DNA of 64,000 bases, taken from contig OZ245365.1 in NCBI GenBank assembly GCA_965226495.1, positions 5,952,001-6,016,000 on the forward strand. Direction: 5' to 3'. Below are positions 11,899-21,364 of this stretch, one piece after another. Made by a program: the position numbers and the translations under genes. Origin of the DNA: Candidatus Marinacidobacterales bacterium. GTDB lineage: Bacteria > Acidobacteriota > Vicinamibacteria > Marinacidobacterales > DATDRI01. Positions within the stretch are counted from its first letter, which is position 1, and each line of letters starts with the position of its first letter. The notes below the pieces were generated by a model. That model had not been told where the DNA came from. It saw nothing but the letters and a program-made list of their open reading frames with translations, and did no database searches.

Positions 11899-12079
11899 CC
11901 CTCCTCCGGTGTCTGGCTACATGGGAACGGCACGCCGTAGCTTGACGCCACCCTCTCCCAAAGGGAGAGGGGAAAAGGAAAAAGGCCGTGGCCCTCACCC
12001 GGCGTCTGGCTACATGGGAACGGCACGCCGTAGCTTGACGCCACCCTCTCCCAAAGGGAGAGGGGAAAAGGAAAAAGGC
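11899..12079 (+). repeat. Two tandem copies (93-bp period) of a REP-like palindromic element
   Basis: GG(C/T)GTCTGGCTACATGGGAACGGCACGCCGTAGCTTGACGCCACCCTCTCCCAAAGGGAGAGGGGAAAAGGAAAAAGG occurs twice. Confidence 0.9.
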
Positions 12080-12085
12080 TCTTTG

Positions 12086-12694
12086 TTAAGACGCGGGCGC
12101 GGCTTCGAGATTGATCGTTACCGTTACTTCTTCGCCAACCAAGACTCCGCCGGCTTCGAGGACCTCGTTCCACGTCATACCGAAGTCCTTCCGGTTGATA
12201 ACGGTAGTAGCTTGGAATCCATACTTCAAATTGCCCCAGGGATCCTTGCCCTTTCCGAGAAGCTCGGCATCGAGGACGACTTCCTTCTCCACACCATGCA
12301 TGGTTAGGGTGCCTTTCATCTTCCCCTTCTTGCCGTTCAGTTTGGCAGGAGCGGTGCTCTTGAAGGTGAGGGTAGGGTACTTCTCCACGTTGAAAAAGCG
12401 CTTGCTGCGCAAGTCCTTGTCCCTTGCCTCGACGTTGGTATCGACGCTGGCAGTCTGGATCGTCACCACGACATTCGAGATGGTGTTGGTCTCTTCATCG
12501 AGGTCGAAAGTCCCTTCGAACTCGCGAAACTGACCGTCGACTTTCGTGAACATGAGATGGGTCACCTGAAAGGTGACCGAGGAGTGTTGCGCATCGATCT
12601 TCAGCGACCCGGCCTGTGCAATCGCAGCGCCTATGATTAGACTCGCGACAAAGGCTGCCGGCACGACGTATTTGGCGTTCATTTTCTGCATCAT
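12086..12694 (-). CDS. YceI family periplasmic protein
   Basis: IDAQHSSVTF, SVDTNVEARDKDLRS, INRKDFG; signal peptide. Confidence 0.93.
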   Translation of the reverse strand: MMQKMNAKYVVPAAFVASLIIGAAIAQAGSLKIDAQHSSVTFQVTHLMFTKVDGQFREFEGTFDLDEETNTISNVVVTIQTASVDTNVEARDKDLRSKRFFNVEKYPTLTFKSTAPAKLNGKKGKMKGTLTMHGVEKEVVLDAELLGKGKDPWGNLKYGFQATTVINRKDFGMTWNEVLEAGGVLVGEEVTVTINLEAAPAS

Positions 12695-12767
12695 CTATCC
12701 TCTGTGTGGACAGACCGGCGAGGAATTATGGCCTCGCCGGCCTGTTCCGTTGGAGTGTGTACTCGCC

Positions 12768-13046
12768 TTACTCTGTTTCCGCCGTCAAGCGTCCACCGTC
12801 GATCTTCAGGCAGAGCTCCTTGTCCATGTCAAGGTACCCTTCACGCTTGCAGCTATTCTGATTGGCGCAGGAGTGTCCCTTGCCACCGCAGTCACCCGTT
12901 GCTTTGCACTTGTTGACACCGTAACAATGGACTTCATCAATCTCATGGGCAGCGGTGTTACCGCTGAAGGTTGCCATCGCCAACGGCACGGTGAGAACAC
13001 CGGCCAGAGAGGCAACCAGAAGTGATCTTGGACTGGGCTTCTTCAT
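12768..13046 (-). CDS. Cys-rich secreted RiPP precursor (bufferin BufA2-like)
   Basis: Signal peptide, then CYGVNKCKATGDC...HSCANQNSCKREG...C; adjacent to MNIO genes. Confidence 0.82.
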   Translation of the reverse strand: MKKPSPRSLLVASLAGVLTVPLAMATFSGNTAAHEIDEVHCYGVNKCKATGDCGGKGHSCANQNSCKREGYLDMDKELCLKIDGGRLTAETE

Positions 13047-13061
13047 TTGAATCCTCCACGT

Positions 13062-13898
13062 TTATTGGGAGACCGCACCATGCGACCTCCCGGTTTTCAA
13101 GAAAAGGCCTTCGTCAACCAGCCGACGAAAGCGCTGCAAAAGTCCCTGGACGGTGTCGGGGTCGTCGTCATCATCTACCAGGACGGTTTGGAGCTCCGCC
13201 AGGCTAGTGCCCTCGGCTGCCGCCTCGATGAATCGGGCGTCCTCTTCGTCCAGGTTGCGGCAGCGGGCTTGCAACTCATAGCGGTAGACGAGGACGATCG
13301 ATGGACGCCCCTCGACAGCCAGCGAGACCTCATCGTCGCTCTTGTCCTTCAAATTGCGAATATCGATGATCGGCCAGTCCGATCGAATGACCGCCGTCCC
13401 CGGGTTCAGTACGAGCGGCAGATTGGACACCGCTTCGGGCGCCATCGTCTGGAGCACGCTCCAGAGAAGAGGCTCCGGATCCTTCGCGACGAACGCTTCC
13501 GAAAAGTGCCACTCGAGCTTGGCGAGATCCGGTAGGAAGGGGAGTTTCGCAGTCAATGGATCTTGCTCTAAGAAAGAAGCTAGACGGTCTCCCACGTACC
13601 GTAGGTCGAAGGATCGTGGTGAGTGAGCGGCGAGGTACCGTTCGGTCAAGGCCTCGAAGTGAACGTTCCCCAGTGCCCGCTTCACCGCGGGGTAATCGTG
13701 CTCCAAGGTTTCGACGATGCGGGCGAGATATCCGGACGCATAGATGTGCCAGCGGCTCTCTAGTGTACCCTGCGGTGGTTTGTGGATATGGCGCTTACGG
13801 GCTTCGGGTCCAAACGTCTCCTCGCCCAGAAGCTCACCGAGCATCGCGGTCTGGAGACCTTGTAGAGGAGGGCGATCAGGGAGTGGCGGGGACGGCAC
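13062..13898 (-). CDS. DUF2063-type MNIO partner protein (BufC/HvfC-like)
   Basis: RWHIYASGY...YPAV...DLAKLEW; overlaps the MNIO gene. Confidence 0.85.
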   Translation of the reverse strand: MPSPPLPDRPPLQGLQTAMLGELLGEETFGPEARKRHIHKPPQGTLESRWHIYASGYLARIVETLEHDYPAVKRALGNVHFEALTERYLAAHSPRSFDLRYVGDRLASFLEQDPLTAKLPFLPDLAKLEWHFSEAFVAKDPEPLLWSVLQTMAPEAVSNLPLVLNPGTAVIRSDWPIIDIRNLKDKSDDEVSLAVEGRPSIVLVYRYELQARCRNLDEEDARFIEAAAEGTSLAELQTVLVDDDDDPDTVQGLLQRFRRLVDEGLFLKTGRSHGAVSQ

Positions 13899-14724
13899 GG
13901 GTAGTCTCCAAAATGAGTTGCGCCTGTTGGGCTTCTCGTTGCAACACCGGGAACTCGGGGATATGCGCGTCGCGCTCGATCAGCGTCGGTTGAGGACCGA
14001 AACGTTCTACCGCTTTTCGGTACAATGCCCAAACTTCATCGCAGACCGGGTGGTCATGAGTGTCGATGACGAAATCTCCGTGGTCTTCGTGTCCGGCGAG
14101 ATGAAACTGCCGGACACGGTCGTTCGGAATACCTTCGAGGTAGCGATGGGGATCGATCCCGTGATTGCGAGCGTTCACGTAGATGTTGTTCACGTCGAGC
14201 AGGAGATGGCAGTCGGCCTCCTCCAGTACCGCACGGGTGAACTCCCACTCGCTCATTTGTGAATGATTGAACTCGATGTAGGTAGAGATGTTCTCGAGGA
14301 GTATCCGGCGTCCTAGTGTCTCTTGGACCACGCAAACGTTTCGGACCACGTTCCGAACTGCTTCGGCGGTAAACGGGAGTGGCAGCAGGTCGTGACTATT
14401 GTGACCTCCAATACCGGTCCAGCAGAGATGGTCGGATACCAGCTCCGGCTCGAGCCAGCCGACGAGCTCCTTGAGGCGTTTCAAGTAATCGCTATTGGGC
14501 GGTGACGCCGTACCGATCGAAAGAGAAACGCCATGAATGGCCATCGGATGGTCACGCCGCACTCGTTCGAGAATATGTCGCGGACGTCCACCCGCTCCCA
14601 TGAAATTCTCGGAGATGACCTCGAACCAAGGTATCGGCGGTCGCTCGGAAAGGACGAAATCGTAATGTTCTTTTCGGAGGCCGATTCCGCAACCGCTCGG
14701 TCGTTGTGTCATGACTACCGCCAC
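13876..14724 (-). CDS. Multinuclear non-heme iron oxidase (DUF692/MNIO, BufB-like)
   Basis: GIGLR, EVISENF, HGVSLSIG, SDHLCW, LLENISTY, LLDVNNIYV, HLAGH, IDTH, LIERD. Confidence 0.95.
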   Translation of the reverse strand: MAVVMTQRPSGCGIGLRKEHYDFVLSERPPIPWFEVISENFMGAGGRPRHILERVRRDHPMAIHGVSLSIGTASPPNSDYLKRLKELVGWLEPELVSDHLCWTGIGGHNSHDLLPLPFTAEAVRNVVRNVCVVQETLGRRILLENISTYIEFNHSQMSEWEFTRAVLEEADCHLLLDVNNIYVNARNHGIDPHRYLEGIPNDRVRQFHLAGHEDHGDFVIDTHDHPVCDEVWALYRKAVERFGPQPTLIERDAHIPEFPVLQREAQQAQLILETTRAVPATP

Positions 14725-14814
14725 GATAGGGAACCGCTATGGGTTCCGGTATGAAGTAGCTAACAGGTTGAGGAGATCCCCGGAAGGTGTTGTGGTTAAA
14801 CGCATAGGTAGGAC

Positions 14815-15855
14815 TCAACCGCCGCGGGTATGCATTTCCAAATGAGGGTTTTGCCGCAGTCCGTCCGCTTCGACCAGAGGGGTTCGCACCGCGATCCCAA
14901 GGCGTTCCTCGGCGCCGCGATCGTTCCGCCGAGACCAGTTGGACACGATGGTGTTTCGGAGCTCTTCCTCGGAAGCATTTTGTCGAAGCGGCGCTCGCAA
15001 ATCGACGCCCTGTTGGGAGTAGAGGCAGAGATACCATTGGCCATCCGCGGTGAGTCGACTTCGGTCACAGCTTTGGCAAAAGGGTTGTGTCGTGGACGAG
15101 ATGATCCCGAAAACCGTCCCGTCGGATAACGTGTACCTCTCGGCGGGTGCGGAGGGGTCTTGTCCTTTGGTCAGGCGCTCGACGGAGCCGTAATGCTGTT
15201 CGAGTGACTGCAGGATTTCGGATTGAGAGAAAACTTGTTCCATGGACCACTGCGTCGCTCCACCGACATCCATGTACTCGATGAAGCGTACCTCCGCGCC
15301 GACTTCTTTGCCGTACTCGATCAAGTCGGTGAGCTCATCATCGTTCGTTCCGCGGATGACGACGGTGTCGATCTTCAAGCCCTTGAATCCCGCGTCCTTG
15401 ACGGCGCGGATTCCCTCTTGAACTTTGTCCAGAAAATCTCGGTTGTTCATCGCCTGGAAACGCTCACGCCGGAGGGTGTCCAGACTGACCGTCACACGGC
15501 CGAGCCCTGCCTCGAAAAGCGCGCTGGCCTGCTCGGCTAGTTGCACACCATTGGTCGTGATGGCTAAATCCTTGAGGCGGGTATTTTGGCTCAAGAGAGT
15601 CACGAACACCGGGAGGTCTTTTCTGAGCAGCGGCTCACCGCCGGTGAGTCGCAGTTTTTCTACACCGAGATCGGTGAAGACATCCACCAGCCGGCCCATC
15701 TCCTCGAAGGTTAGGAGGTCTTTTCGCGGGAGCCAGACGTACTCCGCCTCCGGCATACAGTATTGGCAGCGGAGGTTACATCGGTCGGTCACCGATAGCC
15801 TCAAATTACGCATTGGCCGACCGAAAGAGTCGGTCGACCGTCTTGTTGTGCTCAC
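14815..15855 (-). CDS. moaA: GTP 3',8-cyclase (molybdenum cofactor biosynthesis)
   Basis: LRLSVTDRCNLRCQYCMP, LTGGEP, FCQSCDRSR, C-terminal GG; likely GTG start at 15855. Confidence 0.95.
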   Translation of the reverse strand: MSTTRRSTDSFGRPMRNLRLSVTDRCNLRCQYCMPEAEYVWLPRKDLLTFEEMGRLVDVFTDLGVEKLRLTGGEPLLRKDLPVFVTLLSQNTRLKDLAITTNGVQLAEQASALFEAGLGRVTVSLDTLRRERFQAMNNRDFLDKVQEGIRAVKDAGFKGLKIDTVVIRGTNDDELTDLIEYGKEVGAEVRFIEYMDVGGATQWSMEQVFSQSEILQSLEQHYGSVERLTKGQDPSAPAERYTLSDGTVFGIISSTTQPFCQSCDRSRLTADGQWYLCLYSQQGVDLRAPLRQNASEEELRNTIVSNWSRRNDRGAEERLGIAVRTPLVEADGLRQNPHLEMHTRGG

Positions 15856-16047
15856 GGTGGGTAGTTTAGGCCGAGCCGAAGCGGCTCGGCAAGTCGGAGC
15901 GGGGACTAGAGCAACCATGTGATTTGGGTGCCAGCCAGGTAGTTGAGGCGCGGAGTTAAAAGGGCCGGCCGGGAAACGAGAGCGAGCCCCCGTGTAAGCC
16001 ATCCCTCCCGTTTCCCGGGCCGGACCTACCTTCGGTAACAGAGTTTT

Positions 16048-16062
16048 GCAGCAACCATGCCA
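16048..16062 (-). promoter_or_regulatory. Putative sigma54 -24/-12 promoter
   Basis: TGGCATGGTTGCTGC (GG-N10-GC) in the intergenic region. Confidence 0.5.
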
Positions 16063-16280
16063 GATACCGCTGGTAAGGATAAGACGCTGTGTATCAAGCG
16101 CTTCGGATGAAAAACCGAATCGGAGCTTCCGGGCCCAGTGTCCTCGAAGGAGCACAGCGGTGTATCCCCTGACTGCCTGCCCGTCTGAGACCGCCAGACC
16201 GCCAGGGCCACCCTCGATCGATCGAGCTTGGTCGAAAGGCTAGAGGTGGTCTAGGGAGAGGGCAAAACAGCCAGGCGACG

Positions 16281-17082
16281 TCATTCGGCGGGAGTGGAGA
16301 GGTTTCCTCTCATGATCGTTACCGCCTGACCGGCGAGCTTCACACGTTCTCCTTCGACACGGACCCGAAGCGACCCTCCTCGGCGAGAGGCCTGGTACGC
16401 GAGAAGCTCCTCCTTGCCGAGCCGCTCCATCCAGAAAGGGCCGAGGCAACAATGTGCCGATCCCGTCACTTGATCTTCCGGCAAACCGGCGCGGGGAGCG
16501 AAGAATCGCGACACGAAGTCGTACTCCCGCCCACTACACGGGCTAGTCACTATCACGCCGCGCGTGGGGATGGTGATGAGCAGCGAGAAATCGGGTCTCA
16601 TCTGGCGCAGCACTTCTTCGGAGTCGACCTACCACGAGATAATCGAACCGATTCCGACCAACGTGGCGCGCACGCACCCTCAGGGCAACTTCGAGATCGG
16701 CGGGGCACTCGGTCGGCTGCTGCGGCTCGCTTGGAAAATCAAGCTCGATCCATTTTCCTCGGCGCTCTGCTCCGAGAGGACCCGACTTGGTCCGAAACCT
16801 CGCCGGAGCGCTCCCTGGCAACAGCCCTTCCTCCCATGGTGCATGCGCCGCGGCGAGCGTGGTGTGGCCCGAGAACTCCACTTCCACCGCCGGCGTGAAA
16901 AAGCGGAGGCGGAGCTCATCACCGCTTCCGGACAGGAAAGCGGTGCCGCCGGTATTCACTTCCGCGGCCACGCTCTGCATCCAGTCATCGCTTCCTGGCT
17001 CTTGGAGGAAGCAAACCGTCGCTGGGTTTCCAGAGAAGGGTTGGTCGGTAAAGGAATTGACCCTCAGAAACCGAAGCTTCAC
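16281..17082 (-). pseudogene. PhzF family protein split by a 1-nt insertion
   Basis: N-terminal FTDQPFSGNPA/SGHTTLA and C-terminal SRFFAP/EDQVTGSAHC lie in different frames; removing one base near 16631 restores YLVEVDSEE. Confidence 0.8.
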
Positions 17083-17085
17083 GGG

Positions 17086-18006
17086 TCAACCTTGGTTACG
17101 CACCGCCCACGGTTTCAAAATTGCGTAGACCACCTCGCATCGGGGCGTCTCGATTCCGTGCTTTCTCGCCAACCGCACGGCGGTGCCATGTAAGGCTTCG
17201 AGCTCCATCGGTTTTCCGTGCGTCAGATCATGATGCAGGGACGAAAAGGACTCCGGGTCCAGCTGCATGGCCAGTTCGTGCAACTTATCGACCACGTCTT
17301 CTGGCAGGCCGACGCCTTCCGCTCGAGCTACAGCAACGACCTCTTCCATAATGCCCCTGGCGAGCTGCATAGCGTGTTTGTCTTCCCGGATCGGGCCAAC
17401 CGGAAGGCGGGTCGTGGCGGTCATCCCTGCGAAGGCGCAGATGAAAGCGAATTTGTTCCACAGCACGGAGCGAACGTTTCCGGAGAGCTCGACTTCGATT
17501 CCTGCCTCCTGGCACAAGGCGAGCCACCGTTCGGCTCGCTCACTGCGTTTTCCATCCAGCTCGCCAAAGACGATGCGTGATAGCGCCCCGACGTGCTCGA
17601 TGATCCCCGGCTCGGAGATGGTCGACATGATGAATGATGCACCGCCCAGTACGTGATCGAGGCCCACCACAGCGCCGATCTTTTCCTCGTTGTCCACACC
17701 GTTTTGGAGAGTTATCACCGCGGTGTCGTTCTTGAGGAGGGACTGCAAACGGGCCGCGGCTTTCTCGGTGTCGAAAGACTTGACGCAAAACAGAACATAG
17801 TCCGACGGACCGATGTCCTCTGCGTTCTCAGTGGCTGGGAGGCGAAGCTCGACGTCTCCCTTGGGGCTGCGGATTCTGAGACCTTTTTCCTTGAGTGCGA
17901 GGAGATGCTGGCCCCGCGCAATCAGATGAACGTCTGCCCCCGCCTGAGCGAGGCGGGCCCCATAGTACCCTCCCACGCCTCCTGCTCCGTAGATGGCGAT
18001 CTTCAT
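17086..18006 (-). CDS. panE: 2-dehydropantoate 2-reductase
   Basis: GAGGVG, CVKS, LQNG, WNKF, SSLHHD, ELEAL. Confidence 0.92.
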   Translation of the reverse strand: MKIAIYGAGGVGGYYGARLAQAGADVHLIARGQHLLALKEKGLRIRSPKGDVELRLPATENAEDIGPSDYVLFCVKSFDTEKAAARLQSLLKNDTAVITLQNGVDNEEKIGAVVGLDHVLGGASFIMSTISEPGIIEHVGALSRIVFGELDGKRSERAERWLALCQEAGIEVELSGNVRSVLWNKFAFICAFAGMTATTRLPVGPIREDKHAMQLARGIMEEVVAVARAEGVGLPEDVVDKLHELAMQLDPESFSSLHHDLTHGKPMELEALHGTAVRLARKHGIETPRCEVVYAILKPWAVRNQG

Positions 18007-18056
18007 TGCCTCTCAGCATACTCCAAGTGATCTGACGAATTGGAGAGGCTTCCCTT

Positions 18057-18207
18057 ATTCCCTCTCCCTTCCGCCTTCGCTAAGAGCTTCGGCGGACCCG
18101 CCGAAGTCCTTTGAACGAACACCGACGAAGGCGGGCTGGGGAGACTGCGGGCGTCAAGGAATGTCGCGCCGCTATCGACGGGGTCAGACGCCGGGTGAGG
18201 GCCACGG
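18057..18207 (-). repeat. Inverted copy of the REP-like element with a second palindrome inserted
   Basis: Minus strand reads CCCTCACCCGGCGTCTG...TTGACGCC...[CTTCGGCGGGTCCGCCGAAG insert]...AAGGGAGAGGGG. Confidence 0.7.
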
Positions 18208-18283
18208 ACTCTTCATCAACAAAACGTAAGGGGGATGAACTCAGTCATCCCCCTTTGCCGGTTTGTCCGGCGATGTACTTTAG

Positions 18284-18625
18284 CTAGGCGACCGGGATCA
18301 AGCTGGTCAACTTCTCGGCCAGCGCCTTCTTGGGGGCTACCCCCACGACCTGATCCACAACCTTGCCGTCCTGGAAGAACAACAAGGAAGGAATCGATCG
18401 GATTCCGTACTGCTCGGCAACGCCAGGCTGCTCGTCGATGTTCACTTTGCCGATCGTAGCCTGCCCATCGAATTCGGAAGCCAGCTCTTCGATGGTCGGA
18501 GCAATCACGTGGCAAGGGCCACACCAGCTAGCCCAGAAATCCACGAGCACGGGCTTTCCGCTTTCCAGCACTTCGCTCTTGAAGTTCTCTTCGGTCAAGG
18601 TCACGTATTTTGCATCATCTGCCAT
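18284..18625 (-). CDS. trxA: Thioredoxin
   Basis: VDFWASWCGPC, IRSIP. Confidence 0.95.
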   Translation of the reverse strand: MADDAKYVTLTEENFKSEVLESGKPVLVDFWASWCGPCHVIAPTIEELASEFDGQATIGKVNIDEQPGVAEQYGIRSIPSLLFFQDGKVVDQVVGVAPKKALAEKLTSLIPVA

Positions 18626-18664
18626 TAGCTATCTCCTTTGGTCTCTTCAAGTGCCTCAGTGCGC

Positions 18665-18860
18665 GCTCACTCCTCCATAAGTGGCGCGGGGCCCCACCCC
18701 CACGCCTCATGCTGCGTCGACTGGCGACTCCGCATGGGCTCATGGCTGCGTTCGCGCGCTTGGCCTCGCTCCTTAATCATTGCCGCGGGGCCCCACCCCC
18801 ACCGCCGTCCCTTTGCCGGCCTCTCTTAACTGCGGTCTCACTCCTCGTTCGGCCGCTGGC
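18665..18860. repeat. Short intergenic repeat pair
   Basis: CGCGGGGCCCCACCCCCAC twice and CTCACTCCTC twice. Confidence 0.55.
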
Positions 18861-18936
18861 CTCCGCCCGAGAAGCTCACCGCGGCCGGCGGCGGGACAGC
18901 CGATGGCTCCTCGCGCAGGGTGCCGCCACATCGTCC

Positions 18937-19521
18937 TCACCCTGCCAGAACGGAAAGAGTCACTCGTACGACGTCACGGAGAAGCGCCCGATCCGGGCAT
19001 GCCTTCCCCATGACTCGAAGGCCCTGAAGGCTGCTGGTAAGAAAGCGCCCCAGCGCCCTGGGATTTTGCTTCTTGCCGATCTCACCGTCGGACTGCGCGT
19101 GCCGAAGTACCTTTACAAAGGCCTCCTCGACCCGTGAGAAATTCGCCGCGACCAGCGCCGCGGTGTCGCGGTCGTGAGCGGCGAGCTCCACCGCTGAGTT
19201 CGTCATCAGGCAACCCTTTCGACCCTCGTCGCACGAACATTCTTGAACCACATCTTCGAAGACACCGCGGATGGCTTGCATCGGCGAGCCACCTTCCGCC
19301 AACCTCTCCGATATCGTCGAGTGGAAAATCTCTTCATAGCGATGCAATGCGGCGAGGAAGAGCCCGTGCTTGTCACCGAAGGCACCGTAGAGGCTGCCCC
19401 GGTTGATCCCCATGGAATCGACCAGGTCTTGTACCGATGTCCCCTCGTACCCGTGCTGCCAGAACACCTCGATGGCCTGATCCAGCACTTCCTCGTGGTC
19501 GAACTCTCTAGGCCTCGCCAT
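18937..19521 (-). CDS. TetR/AcrR family regulator (NemR/ComR-like)
   Basis: MARPREFD...FWQHGYEGTS...SLYGAFGDK, GCLMTN. Confidence 0.93.
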   Translation of the reverse strand: MARPREFDHEEVLDQAIEVFWQHGYEGTSVQDLVDSMGINRGSLYGAFGDKHGLFLAALHRYEEIFHSTISERLAEGGSPMQAIRGVFEDVVQECSCDEGRKGCLMTNSAVELAAHDRDTAALVAANFSRVEEAFVKVLRHAQSDGEIGKKQNPRALGRFLTSSLQGLRVMGKACPDRALLRDVVRVTLSVLAG

Positions 19522-19541
19522 GGCTACCTCAACGAACTCGT

Positions 19542-19573
19542 ATCATAGCCATTCTGGAACGATTAGTCAAGAA
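19542..19573 (-). promoter_or_regulatory. Sigma70 promoter with overlapping palindromic TetR operator
   Basis: TTGACT-N17-TATGAT; imperfect inverted repeat TTCTTGACTAATCGTTCCAGAA. Confidence 0.7.
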
Positions 19574-19617
19574 CTCCTTCCCCGGGACGGAGCGGTGCCC
19601 TCCCCCGACGGACCGCC

Positions 19618-21165
19618 CTACTTCGGGGGGGGCCGTCTGCGCTTTCCCAGTTCGTCACCCTCCCTTAGGCTTCGGTCGGCGACTTCCTTGATTTGTTGTT
19701 GAACCTTTTCCTGAAGGGCGGCCGCTTCCAGGTGGTCCGGCTGCAACCGGAAGATCTCTGAGAGCAAGGGTAAGCATGCAGCGAGATCTGCTGTTTCGAA
19801 CTTGGCGGCGGCGGTTTGAAAAAGCTCCGCTGCTTGCCGGGCCCTCCCTTCTTCGAGCCGTTGCTCCTCCAGGCGGGCGGTAACACGGGAGTAAAGAGTC
19901 TTCGCGCCGGGGTGTTGGGGATCCAGGTTCCGAGCACCTTCCACGACCGAGAGAGCACGGTGGAGTTCGCCCCGCTGATAAAAGGAATGGGCTTTCGAGA
20001 GGAGCTCCGCGATGTGACGTTCTTCCACAGGACGTTTGTCGACGGCTTGAGCCTCTTGCGGCGGCTCGCTCGCCCTTCGGGCTAGGTGTTCCTTTGCACG
20101 TGATACGCGACCGGCGACACGTTCGTATGCGCGCACGGCGCGAGTATGCATCTCCACGGACTCGAGGTATCCTGGGTCAGGATCCAGTCCGGGGGCATTT
20201 TGACCCGCGTCCAATCGTTGTCGAAGCCATCCAACGAACTCTGTCGTTGCGCCAACGGCTGGAAACAGTTCGAGCGGCTGCCTGTTTTCTTGGAGCAGTC
20301 CATCTAGCCCGTCGACGACTTTTCTGGTCTCATGCTGAATGTGGACTCTGCGGCTGTCGAGAGCCTTTGCCATTTGACCGATGTCCCGCGTGAAGTGCTT
20401 TATCCTTTGATAGCGATGGGACGGGTCCTTCGCGAGTGCTCGTACCACGATGGCCGTGAGCTCTCGGGGGAGGGATGGCTCTACCTGCTGTAGAGGCTCC
20501 GGATCCTGCGTGACAATGTTCGTGAACGTGTCATGGTACGACTTGCCGGTGAAGGGCTTGCGGAAAGTGAGTAGTTCATACAAAACCGCGCCGGCAGAGA
20601 AAATATCGGAGCGATGGTCCACCCGCTTGCCCATTACTTGCTCGGGAGACATGTAGTTGGGTGTCCCCATCACCATCCCAGTCTTCGTGAGTTCAGACGA
20701 GGCAATGCGAGCAATACCGAAATCCAGGATCTTCACGTGGCCCTTGCGAGTGATGAAGATATTGCCGGGCTTGATATCCCGATGGACGATCTCCTTCTGG
20801 TGCGCGTGCTCGAGGCCTTCCGAGAGCTCCTGCATCCAACGGAGCTTGCACTCGAGTGATATCGGTTCGGCTCGAGTGATCTTGGACTTGAGCTCTTCGC
20901 CATCCAAGTACTCCATGGCGATGAAGGTGCGCCCCTTTTCTTCGAAGAGGTCGTAAATGGTGATGAGGTTCTTGTGGGAAAGCCTTCCGGCAGTCCGGGC
21001 CTCACGCTCGAATCGTTCTCGGAGCTCCGGCTCGCTAGACAGATCGCCGGACATGGTTTTGACCGCGAGGACACGGTTGATTTGGGGATCGAGGGCCTTG
21101 TAAACGACCCCCATGGCGCCTTCGCCAATTTTTCCGAGAACTATATACTTGCCGATTGTGTCCAC
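19618..21165 (-). CDS. Hanks-type Ser/Thr protein kinase with C-terminal TPR-like helices
   Basis: IGEGAMG, HRDIKPGN, DFG, YMSPEQ. Confidence 0.92.
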   Translation of the reverse strand: MDTIGKYIVLGKIGEGAMGVVYKALDPQINRVLAVKTMSGDLSSEPELRERFEREARTAGRLSHKNLITIYDLFEEKGRTFIAMEYLDGEELKSKITRAEPISLECKLRWMQELSEGLEHAHQKEIVHRDIKPGNIFITRKGHVKILDFGIARIASSELTKTGMVMGTPNYMSPEQVMGKRVDHRSDIFSAGAVLYELLTFRKPFTGKSYHDTFTNIVTQDPEPLQQVEPSLPRELTAIVVRALAKDPSHRYQRIKHFTRDIGQMAKALDSRRVHIQHETRKVVDGLDGLLQENRQPLELFPAVGATTEFVGWLRQRLDAGQNAPGLDPDPGYLESVEMHTRAVRAYERVAGRVSRAKEHLARRASEPPQEAQAVDKRPVEERHIAELLSKAHSFYQRGELHRALSVVEGARNLDPQHPGAKTLYSRVTARLEEQRLEEGRARQAAELFQTAAAKFETADLAACLPLLSEIFRLQPDHLEAAALQEKVQQQIKEVADRSLREGDELGKRRRPPPK

Positions 21166-21364
21166 GGCCCTGCCTCCGGGCCAAAACATGCCCTATCGAG
21201 ATCGGCAAGAGCGCCAGGTCGCCTTGTGGGGACGCAACCTCGTGATTCGAGACTAGCCGACAAGCCAAAAACACTCCGGCCCAACCATTCGATAGAACTT
21301 GAGCGACGAGTTTATCACGGCACGGAGTTTCGGAGCAACAACTTGGAGGGTTTAGACGCTCGTG

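Noticed and set aside
11899-12079. Possible CRISPR array
   Set aside because: Only two long copies with no unique spacers and no cas genes in the window.
11856-12173. N-terminal extension of the dipeptidase with repeated peptide LFPFPLSLWERVASS
   Set aside because: It is translation through the REP-like tandem repeat, not a protein domain.
15860-16040. Moco riboswitch upstream of moaA
   Set aside because: Hairpins are present, but I could not match the Moco RNA consensus by eye; kept only as an unassigned structured region.
16600-16660. Programmed frameshift in the PhzF-like gene
   Set aside because: No slippery sequence; a single-base insertion (mutation or sequencing error) is sufficient.
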